From: Geopsychrobacteraceae bacterium
Lineage (GTDB): Bacteria; Desulfobacterota; Desulfuromonadia; Desulfuromonadales; Geopsychrobacteraceae
Direction: 5' to 3'
DNA length: 64,000 nucleotides
Assembly (NCBI GenBank): GCA_963662315.1
Contig: OY759353.1
Location: forward strand, 2,720,001-2,784,000
Shown: positions 1 to 9,343 of the stretch, piece after piece
Position numbering within the stretch: the first letter of the stretch is position 1
Layout of the letters: every line of letters starts with the position of its first letter
Notes under the pieces: model-generated
Databases searched by the model: none
Seen by the model: the letters and a program-made list of their open reading frames with translations, nothing else
Told to the model about the DNA's origin: nothing
Position numbers and translations under genes: made by a program

Positions 1-298
1 GATTTACTACAGTATACGCCTTTTCTGTCGTGCGCCGCTTCTGACCATGATGCAGTTCATCAAATACCGAATAATCATCAAATGGCAAATCCGGAGCCGG
101 CAAGTTCTGCTCCTGATTACAAGCAGCTTCACAGGTTCGACACCCGACACAACGCGTCAGATCAACCAGCACCCCCATGCCATCAGGAAAACCTTCAAAC
201 GATCCGGCAGCCTGGGCTTTTTTAGCTGGGGATACCAGTACCGCAGCACCACCTGCCATACTGCCTGCCAGGAACTTTCTTCTGGATATTTTACTCAT
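1..298 (-). CDS. Tat-exported 4Fe-4S dicluster protein (HmcB/HybA/CbcT-like), 5' part only
   Basis: Not in the ORF track because it runs off the window. Hand translation: MSKISRRKFLAGSMAGGAAVLVSPAKKAQAA (twin-arginine signal), then GVLVDLTRCVGCRTCEAACNQE (ferredoxin motif). Confidence 0.85.
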   Translation of the reverse strand, partial: MSKISRRKFLAGSMAGGAAVLVSPAKKAQAAGSFEGFPDGMGVLVDLTRCVGCRTCEAACNQEQNLPAPDLPFDDYSVFDELHHGQKRRTTEKAYTVVN

Positions 299-324
299 CT
301 GTCAATCTCCTTATGCCCAGCACG

Positions 325-855
325 TTAGTTGGAGTGTGCGTCATGAGGCTGTGTCGCCGGAGCGAACTCACCAGAATGATAAAATCTGTTTCCCGCTTCG
401 GTTTTGGCATGGCAATCCTCACAACCAAGCGGACCACCAACCTCGCGGTGGCATCCCATGCAGTTAAGATGGTAAGCAGCTTTCAGGTTGGGTTGATCAT
501 CATGGAAAACATATTCAGACTGCATACGAAAACCACTCTGATCGGCAGCTACGGTGGGACTGGCATGGCAGTCCTGACACGCCACAACATCCATATCCTG
601 CCCTCCTTGGTGACACTTCAGGCAGTAGCTATTCACAGGGGCGCTGCCTGTTGTATGGTGATGGCAGACTGAGCAATCCTCGGCCACATCGACATGCATG
701 GCATGATCAAAAATGACAGGATCATAAAGATTGGCCAACACTCCCAATTCAACCTCTTCAGGAAAATCGTCCATCGCAAAACCGCTCATGGTACACAGCA
801 GAACCATGAGAAACACCAGCGGTACTGTTAACAGTTGTATTCCGGACAGTCGCAT
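325..855 (-). CDS. Periplasmic multiheme cytochrome c, class III (c3-like), 5 CXXCH
   Basis: Signal peptide; VIFDHAMH; motifs CSVCH, CLKCH, CQDCH, CMGCH, CEDCH; GAGGAG RBS. Confidence 0.9.
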   Translation of the reverse strand: MRLSGIQLLTVPLVFLMVLLCTMSGFAMDDFPEEVELGVLANLYDPVIFDHAMHVDVAEDCSVCHHHTTGSAPVNSYCLKCHQGGQDMDVVACQDCHASPTVAADQSGFRMQSEYVFHDDQPNLKAAYHLNCMGCHREVGGPLGCEDCHAKTEAGNRFYHSGEFAPATQPHDAHSN

Positions 856-923
856 CGTTGTCTCCTCAATAACAAATCAGCACTTTGGCAGATACCGGTA
901 TTTCAACACTTTTTTACTCTTAT

Positions 924-1082
924 TTACTCGTCTTCATTGGAATGGATATAGCGATAAAAAATTGGGAAAAGCGTAAAGAGCAATAAACAGAGCAGATATT
1001 CCAGACCTTTGATATAAGTGTAGAAATCAACGACGGTGTAAATCTGTTCCACCTGCCCAACGTTCAAGAAAAAATCGAGCAT
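924..1082 (-). CDS. 52-aa single-TM protein, HmcD-like
   Basis: MLDFFLNVGQVEQIYTVVDFYTYIKGLEYLLCLLLFTLFPIFYRYIHSNEDE; GAGGTG RBS; too short for the ORF track; first ORF of the cytochrome operon. Confidence 0.7.
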   Translation of the reverse strand: MLDFFLNVGQVEQIYTVVDFYTYIKGLEYLLCLLLFTLFPIFYRYIHSNEDE

Positions 1083-1096
1083 CACATCACCTCACG

Positions 1097-1127
1097 AAAA
1101 AAGCGACTACCACGCTGCTGGTAATCG
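1097..1127 (-). terminator. Terminator-like hairpin inside the operon leader
   Basis: Minus strand CGATTACCA-gcagcg-TGGTAGTCG followed by CTTTTTT. Confidence 0.5.
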
Positions 1128-1201
1128 ACGTGTAAAGTCTCCCTGGCAAGCTCCGATGGCCGATCAGCAACTGCCAAACCAGGACGGGTACCGTTCTTTT
1201 G

Positions 1202-1217
1202 TGCAGAGAGTATGCCA
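1202..1217 (-). promoter_or_regulatory. sigma54 (-24/-12) promoter of the cytochrome operon
   Basis: TGGCAT-ACTCT-CTGCA (GG-N10-GC); a sigma54 activator gene is divergent. Confidence 0.75.
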
Positions 1218-1315
1218 TTTCTTGAATATTTAAAAAGAGAGTCCTAAATTGCCAGGATTGAGCCTTTTTCGGGCAATACAGGACGCAATGCCAACAGAGA
1301 AAAAGATTCGGGCTG

Positions 1316-1363
1316 TGTATGATAAAAAAATACAGTTCTATAGGCGTATATAAGAAAAATACC
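1316..1363. promoter_or_regulatory. Paired enhancer-like sites GTAT-N9-ATAC
   Basis: TGTAT-gataaaaaa-ATACA (1316-1334) and CGTAT-ataagaaaa-ATACC (1345-1363), about 100-145 bp upstream of the sigma54 box. Confidence 0.5.
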
Positions 1364-1583
1364 CTGAATAAATTTTCTATCCTGCTAATATTACATTTAA
1401 AACATATGGAAACAGGAAGAAGTGTCGGGCGTACAAAAAAAATATTGCCATGAACCAAGTATTGAATATTTATTTCATACAATCGCAATATTCCTACGTT
1501 GCAATTTCCATATAATAAACAAACCCCGGAAGATGAGATCGTGATAAGATGATGCAAGGCCCGTCATTGCTTGCAGCAAGACC

Positions 1584-1612
1584 TTGACGCAAGCTATATC
1601 CACCTTTACTAT
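1584..1612 (+). promoter_or_regulatory. sigma70-type promoter of the response regulator
   Basis: TTGACG-N17-TACTAT. Confidence 0.6.
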
Positions 1613-1741
1613 GAAATCGGCCTGAATTTTGCTTAATATTTGCCTGCCCAGTCCTGCTTTCGCTCTTTTATAGTTACTAATTATGCAATTTCTTTCGCAG
1701 TTGAGAGCCCCAAGCGGAACTAACTCAAAGAGAAGCAGATT

Positions 1742-3163
1742 ATGAGTGATACAGCCAGCCATAAAATTCTTGTTATCGATGATGAAGCCGTTATCAGGGA
1801 AGGGCTGCGTCAAAGCCTGGCTCTTGAAGGATATCAGGTTGATGTTGCAGCCAACGGTAAAATCGGCATGGACAAGCTGCAGAAAAGCGAATTCAGTGTT
1901 GTCATCAGCGACCTAAAAATGCCTATCATGAGCGGTATTGATGTGCTCAAAACCATCCAGGTGCTGCAGCCCGACGTCCCGGTCATCATTATCACCGGCT
2001 TTGCAACCGTTGATTCAGCTGTCGATGCGATGAAAAACGGGGCTTTTGAATACCTGACCAAGCCCTTCCTGCCCGATCAGATTATTGAAAAAGTTGAAGC
2101 TGCCATAAAAAAACGGATTCTCAATCTGGAAGTAGCACAGATTCACTCCCCCTATAGCGAAACATTGCTATCCGATTCGTTCATTGGCAAAAGCCCTGCC
2201 ATGCAAAAAGTTTTTCGCCGTATCCTGCAGGTTGCCCCCACCAACAGTACGGTCCTTATTAGCGGCGAAAGTGGGACCGGCAAAGAATTGGTCGCCAGAG
2301 CCATTCACCAGCACAGTCCCCGCAAAGACCAGTCTTTTGTCGCCGTCGACTGTAACTCGCTTCCTGAAAACCTGCTCGAAAGTGAACTCTTCGGTCACGT
2401 AAAGGGCTCCTTCACTGGCGCAACCCAATCAAAACCCGGGCTCTTTATGGTCGCCAGTGGCGGCACCCTCTTTCTCGATGAAATCGCCAATTTGAGCATG
2501 GCAACCCAGGCCAAACTATTGCGGGTCCTGCAGCAACGGGAGGTCACCCCCATTGGCGGAACCAAAACAACGCCAATCGATATCCGCCTGATTGCCGCCA
2601 CCAATCGCAGTCTTGAAAAAATGGTTGCCGATGGGGACTTTCGGGATGACCTCTATTTTCGTCTGAATATCATTCCTATCGAGCTCCCCCCTCTGCGCGA
2701 CCGCAGTGGCGATGTTCCTTTGTTGATTGGCTATTTTCTTAAAAAGTTTTCCGAAGAAATTGGCAAAGAGATCAAAGGACTGTCAGCAGATGCTCATATG
2801 GCGCTGCATGACTATACATTTCCCGGTAATGTTCGCGAGCTGGAAAATATTATTGAACGTGCCGTAGTCCTTAGCCAGGGGGACCTGATTCAAAGCGACT
2901 GCCTTGAGCTGCCGGTCTATCACAGGGAAGAACCCGCTGCGGCGGAAATCGCCGCACCACTGAACTCTGAAGAGTTGAAGGAAATCAAACGCAAAGTACG
3001 CGAACAAGCTGTCGAACCGATTGAAAAAGCTTTTGTTTATGCAGCTCTGGAACGTAATGACTGGAATGTTACCAAAGCGGCCGAAGAAACCGGTATGCTC
3101 AGGCCTAATTTTCAGGCGTTACTGAAAAAGCTCGGCATCTCGGTCAAGGACCATCTTCCTTAG
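1742..3163 (+). CDS. sigma54-dependent response regulator (NtrC family)
   Basis: REC domain (DDE, DLKMP), Walker A GESGTGKE, GSFTGA, C-terminal HTH. Confidence 0.95.
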   Translation: MSDTASHKILVIDDEAVIREGLRQSLALEGYQVDVAANGKIGMDKLQKSEFSVVISDLKMPIMSGIDVLKTIQVLQPDVPVIIITGFATVDSAVDAMKNGAFEYLTKPFLPDQIIEKVEAAIKKRILNLEVAQIHSPYSETLLSDSFIGKSPAMQKVFRRILQVAPTNSTVLISGESGTGKELVARAIHQHSPRKDQSFVAVDCNSLPENLLESELFGHVKGSFTGATQSKPGLFMVASGGTLFLDEIANLSMATQAKLLRVLQQREVTPIGGTKTTPIDIRLIAATNRSLEKMVADGDFRDDLYFRLNIIPIELPPLRDRSGDVPLLIGYFLKKFSEEIGKEIKGLSADAHMALHDYTFPGNVRELENIIERAVVLSQGDLIQSDCLELPVYHREEPAAAEIAAPLNSEELKEIKRKVREQAVEPIEKAFVYAALERNDWNVTKAAEETGMLRPNFQALLKKLGISVKDHLP

Positions 3164-4757
3164 CCTTCCCCAGGGAATCCTTATCCGGAAAAGCATCCCC
3201 TTCCATGATCGGCAGATAGATCGTGAAGTGCGTCCACTCTCCTTCTTCACTTTCAACATCAATACGCCCACCGTGGTTACGGATAATTCCGTAAGTTACC
3301 GACAACCCCAGACCGGTCCCCTTACCCGACTTGGTCGAGAAAAAAGGATCGAAAATACTCCCGATAAGTTCTTTACTGATCCCCAGTCCGGTGTCCTCAA
3401 CTTTAATGACAACACAACGCCCGTCATCACACAGAAATGTCGATATCGTCAGCAGACCACCGTGAGGCATGGCCTGCCCGGCATTAATGAATATGTTAAA
3501 AAACACCTGCTGAAACTGGTCAGCATCGATGGATAAATCTGGCAACCCTGGGTTGAGTTTACATTCGATCTGAATATCCTGGAAAATTGTCTGCTGCGAT
3601 ACCAGATCCAGTGTATGCCGAATAACCTTATTAATTGATTCAGGTTTCTTCTCAGGAATCGACTCACGGGCAAATTCAAGTAACCCACGCACAATCTTTG
3701 CACAACGCCCGGTCTCTGAAACAATTATTTCAAGATTCTCTTTCACCTGGCCCGGCAGCTTATCACTCTTTGCCGACAATCCCGCAAACATGAGAATCCC
3801 CGTCAACGGATTATTGATTTCATGGGCAATACCGGCGACCAGTTCTCCCATGGAAGCAAGTTTGGCTGAACGCAGCAATTGGTCCTGCATGGCATGAATT
3901 TCTTCGGTACGCTCTTCGACCTTATGTTCCAGCGTATTCCCCCATTCTTTCAACTCCAGTTGAGCCTGAGCGAGGTTGTCCGCCATGGTATTAAATGAGC
4001 GTCCTAAGCGACCAATCTCATCGGTGCCGGGATTGCCGACCCGCGCCTTCAGATCCCCCTGAGCCAGGGCCTGTGTCTGTTCGAGAATCCCCTGAAGGGG
4101 ATTGCAGATATAAAATCGGGTCAGCAGGTAATGACACAAAGACAGAAGAAGCAGCATGACAAAAGTCGAAATAATAACATCCGTATGGTGGGAATGAGCC
4201 AGCTGAACCATCGTCTCAAGGGAAACCGCGATATCCAGAACCCCTATTTTCTGTTCCTCCTGCGCATGAAAGTGGCACGCAGCGGTATAGCAGTTTGGAT
4301 CGTTATAGATTGCCCGCGTCATATTCAAATATTGATGCCCGTCCGCGTCACTAAAAGTGCGACTGCGTGTTTCAATCGGAGCATCCAGAAGAACCTTGCT
4401 GCCAGGAACATGACAAAAAGCACAACTGTCCGCAGTTTCAGTCAACACCGTGCCAATTTCATTGGCGTTGCTGGAAAAACTTATCACCCCTTCTCGCCCA
4501 AGGATTCTGATTCGTGAGATGCGGTGGGACTTGGCCGTTTCCACCATAGTCAGCTGCAACTGCTTACGATCATTTTCCAGCATCATGTGGTAGGTATCAC
4601 GCTGGAACATCTCGAGCAGAATATCTGTATCCGCCTTCGCTTCTTCTAGAAATACATTCTGTACTTTAGTGATATGCAGAAAAGCTGATGCCGACATGAC
4701 AATAAGCAACACGATACTGGAGATGACCGTATATCTGATGGCAAGATTAATACGCAT
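3144..4757 (-). CDS. HAMP sensor histidine kinase with periplasmic heme-c motif
   Basis: Two TMs, CAFCH (and CYTAACH) in the periplasmic loop, H-box AHEINNPL, G boxes DTGLG and GTGLGL. Confidence 0.92.
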   Translation of the reverse strand: MRINLAIRYTVISSIVLLIVMSASAFLHITKVQNVFLEEAKADTDILLEMFQRDTYHMMLENDRKQLQLTMVETAKSHRISRIRILGREGVISFSSNANEIGTVLTETADSCAFCHVPGSKVLLDAPIETRSRTFSDADGHQYLNMTRAIYNDPNCYTAACHFHAQEEQKIGVLDIAVSLETMVQLAHSHHTDVIISTFVMLLLLSLCHYLLTRFYICNPLQGILEQTQALAQGDLKARVGNPGTDEIGRLGRSFNTMADNLAQAQLELKEWGNTLEHKVEERTEEIHAMQDQLLRSAKLASMGELVAGIAHEINNPLTGILMFAGLSAKSDKLPGQVKENLEIIVSETGRCAKIVRGLLEFARESIPEKKPESINKVIRHTLDLVSQQTIFQDIQIECKLNPGLPDLSIDADQFQQVFFNIFINAGQAMPHGGLLTISTFLCDDGRCVVIKVEDTGLGISKELIGSIFDPFFSTKSGKGTGLGLSVTYGIIRNHGGRIDVESEEGEWTHFTIYLPIMEGDAFPDKDSLGKAKEDGP

Positions 4758-4999
4758 AAAGCACCCTTTAGCCCTGTTGACTTCATCTGGTGATCAGGAT
4801 CCGCAATATTTGGCAGCGCACCATTATTGCCTCACTTTACTTTTGTCATTCATACTATACATTGATTATGCCAATTCATTGAGCGGTCAAAAGATTTCAG
4901 CCGCCATGAGGTCGTCATTGCCTTTTCAGCGCTCCTGAAGTATAAAACCCCCTGACCTACAGCGCATTCGAGTCTTCACCCGGACAGGACGGTTTTGCC

Positions 5000-6841
5000 A
5001 TGGGATATCACACACTGCGACAGGCCATTGACGATCTCGAACAGAGTGGCCAGCTGATCAGAATTGAACAACCCATCGACCCCAATCTTCTGGCAGGCGC
5101 AATCCAGCGCCGGGTCTACCAAAACCAGGGGCCGGCTATACTGTTTTCCAACGTGACCGGCAGCAAATTTCCAGCGGTTGCCAACCTGTTCGGCACCTTG
5201 GAGCGCACGCGTTACCTGTTCAGAGATACCCTGCGCCAGGTTGAAACCCTGGTCAACTTAAAGCTCGACCCAAAAACCCTGCTCAGCGCACCCGGATCTC
5301 TGTTGTCAGCACCACTGGCCGCCTGGCACCTGTTGCCCAAGAAAATCAAGAGCGGCCCGATTTTAAGCCATCAGACCAGTATCAGTGAACTGCCACAAAT
5401 TAAAAGCTGGCCGGATGATGGCGGCCCCTTTGTCACGTTGCCCCAGGTGTATAGCGAAAGTATTCTTAAACCGGGAATCCGTTCTTCCAACCTGGGGATG
5501 TATCGTGTTCAGCTGGCAGGCAACAACTACATACCTGACCGCGAAATCGGTCTTCATTACCAGATTCATCGAGGTATAGGCCTGCATCACCAGCAGGCAT
5601 TACAACAGGATAAGCCATTCCGGGTAAATATTTTTGTCGGCGGTCCACCCAGCATGACCGTCGCCGCAGTCATGCCGCTACCGGAAGGCATGCCGGAGCT
5701 GGCCTTTGCCGGACTACTCGGGGGGCATCGTATTCCCATGGTTCAGTATGATAAATATCTGCCGATGCCAGCCGAAGCAGACTTTGTCATCTGCGGAACC
5801 ATCGACCCCAGGCAGCAAAAGCCGGAGGGCCCGTTTGGCGATCACCTTGGCTACTACAGCCTGGTCCATGATTTCCCGCTGATTCGCGTTGAACGCGTCT
5901 ATCATCGCCCCGATGCTATCTGGCCCTTTACCACCGTTGGTCGCCCCCCCCAGGAAGATACCAGCTTTGGTGCCTTTATTCATGAACTAACCGGAGCCCT
6001 GATTCCTGAAGTTCTGCCCGGTATCAAAGCAGTTCATGCCGTTGACGCCGCCGGGGTCCATCCATTGCTGCTGGCCATAGGCAGTGAACGCTACACACCC
6101 TATAACAAACGCGAACGGCCCCAGGAACTGCTTACCCAGGCCAATGCCATTTTAGGTCAGGGGCAACTGTCCTTGGCCAAATATCTGTTTATCGCTGCCG
6201 AAGAGGATGATCCCTCCCTCGATATTCATAATATCAAAGCCTTCTTTAAACATATCCTGACCCGCGCAGACTGGTGCCGCGACCTGCATTTTCAGACCAG
6301 TACCACCATCGATACCCTCGACTATAGCGGTCATGGCCTGAACCAGGGGTCCAAGGTAGTCATTGCTGCGGTCGGCCCGAAGCGCTTTAAACTTCCCGAC
6401 ACGATCACTTCCGATCTGAAACTGCCCCGAGGATTCAGTCACCCGCGCATTGCCATGCCCGGGATTTTGCTGATCGAGGGCCCGGCCTGCCAGACCTACT
6501 TGCCGGGAGAAGATCGCGACCTGATCAAATTTTGCAAAAAATTTGATCGCACGGCCCCTATCAATAGCTTCCCGTTAATTGTTATTGTTGATGATAGCAG
6601 CTTCTGTGCAGCCACGTTGAACAATTGGCTCTGGACTGTATTCACCCGCTCCAATCCGGCTGCCGATATTTATGGTATCGACAGTTTTACCTCTGCAAAA
6701 CACTGGGGCTGCCATGGCTCGCTAATTATCGACGCCCGTAGCAAACCTCACCATGCTCCGGCGTTGATTGATGATCCCGATATCGAAAAACAGGTGGACC
6801 AGCTCGCAGTCAAAGGCGGTCCATTACATGGCATCATATAA
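5000..6841 (+). CDS. UbiD-family (prFMN) decarboxylase, possibly for menaquinone synthesis
   Basis: NLGMYRVQ, EGPFGDHLGYY, GRPPQED, DTLDYS. Confidence 0.88.
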   Translation: MGYHTLRQAIDDLEQSGQLIRIEQPIDPNLLAGAIQRRVYQNQGPAILFSNVTGSKFPAVANLFGTLERTRYLFRDTLRQVETLVNLKLDPKTLLSAPGSLLSAPLAAWHLLPKKIKSGPILSHQTSISELPQIKSWPDDGGPFVTLPQVYSESILKPGIRSSNLGMYRVQLAGNNYIPDREIGLHYQIHRGIGLHHQQALQQDKPFRVNIFVGGPPSMTVAAVMPLPEGMPELAFAGLLGGHRIPMVQYDKYLPMPAEADFVICGTIDPRQQKPEGPFGDHLGYYSLVHDFPLIRVERVYHRPDAIWPFTTVGRPPQEDTSFGAFIHELTGALIPEVLPGIKAVHAVDAAGVHPLLLAIGSERYTPYNKRERPQELLTQANAILGQGQLSLAKYLFIAAEEDDPSLDIHNIKAFFKHILTRADWCRDLHFQTSTTIDTLDYSGHGLNQGSKVVIAAVGPKRFKLPDTITSDLKLPRGFSHPRIAMPGILLIEGPACQTYLPGEDRDLIKFCKKFDRTAPINSFPLIVIVDDSSFCAATLNNWLWTVFTRSNPAADIYGIDSFTSAKHWGCHGSLIIDARSKPHHAPALIDDPDIEKQVDQLAVKGGPLHGII

Positions 6842-6854
6842 ATGGAGTCAGTAA

Positions 6855-7796
6855 ATGTTAAAAACTCAGCCTATTAACATATTTATACCGTCACTTATCC
6901 AGGCGATTGGCAATACTCCCCTGGTTGACATATCGATTCTAGTCAACAAACCCGGGGTACGGCTGTTGGCCAAGCTTGAAGGGAGTAATCCGGGGGGGTC
7001 AGTCAAAGATCGCCCGGCCCTGTACATGATTGAAAAAGCGGAAGAAAGTGGTGAGCTGACGAGGGATAAAGTTATTCTGGAGCCAACCAGCGGCAATACC
7101 GGTATCGCCATTGCTATGATCGGTGCCGCCAAGGGCTACAAGGTCAAACTGGTCATGCCGGCCTGCGTCAGTACCGAGCGGCGTGGCATTCTTGAGGCCT
7201 ACGGCGCTGAAACGGTGCTATCGCCCGGTTGCCAGATGACCGATGGTGCCATTAACCTGGCTCACAAAATACTTGCAAAAGATCCTGACCGCTACTATAT
7301 GCCCAACCAGTACAGTAACCCCAACAACCCGCTGGCTCATTACGAAACAACCGGTCCGGAACTCATGGCCCAGAGCAACGGTGACATCGATTATTTTGTC
7401 GCTGGCATGGGAACCTCGGGGACATTGATGGGAATGTGCCGTTATTTTGCGGACCATGCCCCGGCTGTCAAGGTGATCGGTGTTGAGCCTGGCCTCGGCC
7501 ATAAAATCCAGGGGCTTAAAAACATGCAGGAAGCGATTGTCCCAGCAATTTACGACGAATCACTGCTGTCTGAGAAAATACTGATTGGTGATGAGATCGC
7601 TTACGAAACAACCAGGCAGCTGGCGTTGAAAATGGGGCTTTTTGCTGGCATGTCCAGCGGTGCTGCGGTTGCCGGAGCTCTGCAAATAGCTGAAAATATT
7701 GACCAGGGTACGATTGTCGCGTTACTACCGGACCGCGGAGACCGCTATCTGAGTACCAATCTGTTCCGCTCTGCCTGCGCCGAATGTCCGCCATGA
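6855..7796 (+). CDS. cysM: PLP-dependent cysteine synthase (CysM/CysK family)
   Basis: NPGGSVKDR, EPTSGNTG, GMGTSGT, PDRGDRYLS. Confidence 0.88.
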   Translation: MLKTQPINIFIPSLIQAIGNTPLVDISILVNKPGVRLLAKLEGSNPGGSVKDRPALYMIEKAEESGELTRDKVILEPTSGNTGIAIAMIGAAKGYKVKLVMPACVSTERRGILEAYGAETVLSPGCQMTDGAINLAHKILAKDPDRYYMPNQYSNPNNPLAHYETTGPELMAQSNGDIDYFVAGMGTSGTLMGMCRYFADHAPAVKVIGVEPGLGHKIQGLKNMQEAIVPAIYDESLLSEKILIGDEIAYETTRQLALKMGLFAGMSSGAAVAGALQIAENIDQGTIVALLPDRGDRYLSTNLFRSACAECPP

Positions 7797-8137
7797 GCAA
7801 GCTTCCCGAATTACTGCAACGTCAGGCTGAACGCCTGCTCGATGAGCTCTGCCTGCAGGCGGCCAACGATCCTCACCTGCCACGCCTGCTGCGCTTTCGC
7901 ATCGACGGACTCAGTGTCTTTCTGTTCGAAGTGCGGCGCCACCGACATGACCCGGACAAACAGACTGAAATCGGCATGGCACGGCTGCGCTATACCCCTG
8001 AATTAAATCAGTGGACCCTTCACTATCAGCATGAAGACCGCTGGAAATTGTATCTTAATGTTCAACCCACTCTGGAGCTCGGCCGTCTGATCAAGACTAT
8101 TCAGCAGGATCCGTTCGGCTATTTCTGGCAGGATTGA
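7793..8137 (+). CDS. DUF3024-like hypothetical protein
   Basis: ARLRY...WTLHY...W...DPFGYFW pattern; ATGA overlap with the upstream stop. Confidence 0.65.
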   Translation: MSKLPELLQRQAERLLDELCLQAANDPHLPRLLRFRIDGLSVFLFEVRRHRHDPDKQTEIGMARLRYTPELNQWTLHYQHEDRWKLYLNVQPTLELGRLIKTIQQDPFGYFWQD

Positions 8138-8151
8138 GATTATTGGACTTC

Positions 8152-8589
8152 TCAGCGCTTGCAGATCAGATAGACACCAGCCAGCAGCAATAAAATCCCA
8201 AGTCCACGACGGACATCAAAAGGAATATCCCGCATCCCGAATAAACCGTAATGATCCATCACCACCCCGGCTGCCAGTTGCGAAACAATGGTCAAAGCAA
8301 GAACGGCGGTGGTGCCAATGCGTGGCACACCGATAATGGTCATGGTCACGAAAAAGGCCCCGAATAGACCACCGCTCAGTTGCCACCACTGGGCATCGCC
8401 GGCGCGGCGCAAACTTCCGCCACTGGCCAGAAATGAGGTAATCAGCAGAATCGCGGTTCCCACCGCAAAAGAGATCGTGGCGGCCTCAAGAAACCCGGTT
8501 TTTTCTGCCAACCGGGCATTAATTGATGGCTGCACAGCAACCGCGACGCCACCGGCCACCATCAGAAGGATCAAAAGTAAGTTAGACAT
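8152..8589 (-). CDS. DMT-family transporter (YdcZ-like)
   Basis: Q..INARL, WWQLSGGLFG, DHYGLFG; five TMs. Confidence 0.85.
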   Translation of the reverse strand: MSNLLLILLMVAGGVAVAVQPSINARLAEKTGFLEAATISFAVGTAILLITSFLASGGSLRRAGDAQWWQLSGGLFGAFFVTMTIIGVPRIGTTAVLALTIVSQLAAGVVMDHYGLFGMRDIPFDVRRGLGILLLLAGVYLICKR

Positions 8590-8621
8590 AGATGTTCGGC
8601 CCTGAAAAGACAATAGTCAGC

Positions 8622-9200
8622 CTAAGGCTGACGCTGTCTGACGAGTTTTGAAATCGCCTTGAACGCATCCCCTTTGGCGACCTTAATCAGTTGAAACAAT
8701 GCGGTTTCTGTTGTCGTAATGACGGCTCCAGCCTGTTCAGCCAAGGCTAGGGCATTTTCGTAATCACTGACAAACCGGGAAGCAACCGCATCCCGAACCA
8801 GGTGAACGACATAGCCACGATCAAGCAGATCAAAAACCGTCTGCAGCACACATACATGCGTTTCCATACCGGTCACAACAACCTGTTTTGCGCCGGTCTT
8901 TTCAAGCTCTGACAAAAAATCAGAATCACCGCAGCAGCTAAAAGCTACCTTGGCTACAGTATTGCCGGTTTCCGCGTCACTTAAAGAAGGGACGGTATGA
9001 CCAAGCCCCTGCGGGTATTGCTCTGTCGCCAAAACAGGACAATTTACAGCTGCAAACCCTTGCTGAAGCAAAGCTGTGTTCTGAAGCAATGGCTCACAGA
9101 GTTTGGGGTTCATAGCCGGAACCAGTTTTTCCTGGATATCGATCATCAGTAAGACAACCTGCTCAGCATTAAGCCAGTATTTTTCTTTTAAAGAAGACAT
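8622..9200 (-). CDS. Isochorismatase-family hydrolase
   Basis: IDIQEKL, TEQYPQGLG, GMETHVCVLQT. Confidence 0.88.
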   Translation of the reverse strand: MSSLKEKYWLNAEQVVLLMIDIQEKLVPAMNPKLCEPLLQNTALLQQGFAAVNCPVLATEQYPQGLGHTVPSLSDAETGNTVAKVAFSCCGDSDFLSELEKTGAKQVVVTGMETHVCVLQTVFDLLDRGYVVHLVRDAVASRFVSDYENALALAEQAGAVITTTETALFQLIKVAKGDAFKAISKLVRQRQP

Positions 9201-9281
9201 TTTATTCCTTTCAAACGAATAAATTATGCGAACGTTCTGCGTCAAGATAACAGTGTGGGAATTTTTTCACAACTGGCCTTG

Positions 9282-9318
9282 CACTAAAAAACGACACTCA
9301 GGGTGTCGTTTTTTAGTG
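9282..9318. terminator. Intrinsic terminator, bidirectional form
   Basis: Perfect 16-bp inverted repeat CACTAAAAAACGACAC-tcagg-GTGTCGTTTTTTAGTG. Confidence 0.85.
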
Positions 9319-9343
9319 ATTACTATATCTTTCAAAAGTACTC

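Noticed and set aside
1087..1813. ORFs 1087-1557 and 1475-1813 (-)
   Set aside because: They span AT-rich promoter and enhancer DNA and have no motifs or RBS.
4857..4873. sigma54-like TGGCATAATCAATGT upstream of the kinase (-)
   Set aside because: The -12 position is GT, not GC; too weak to call.
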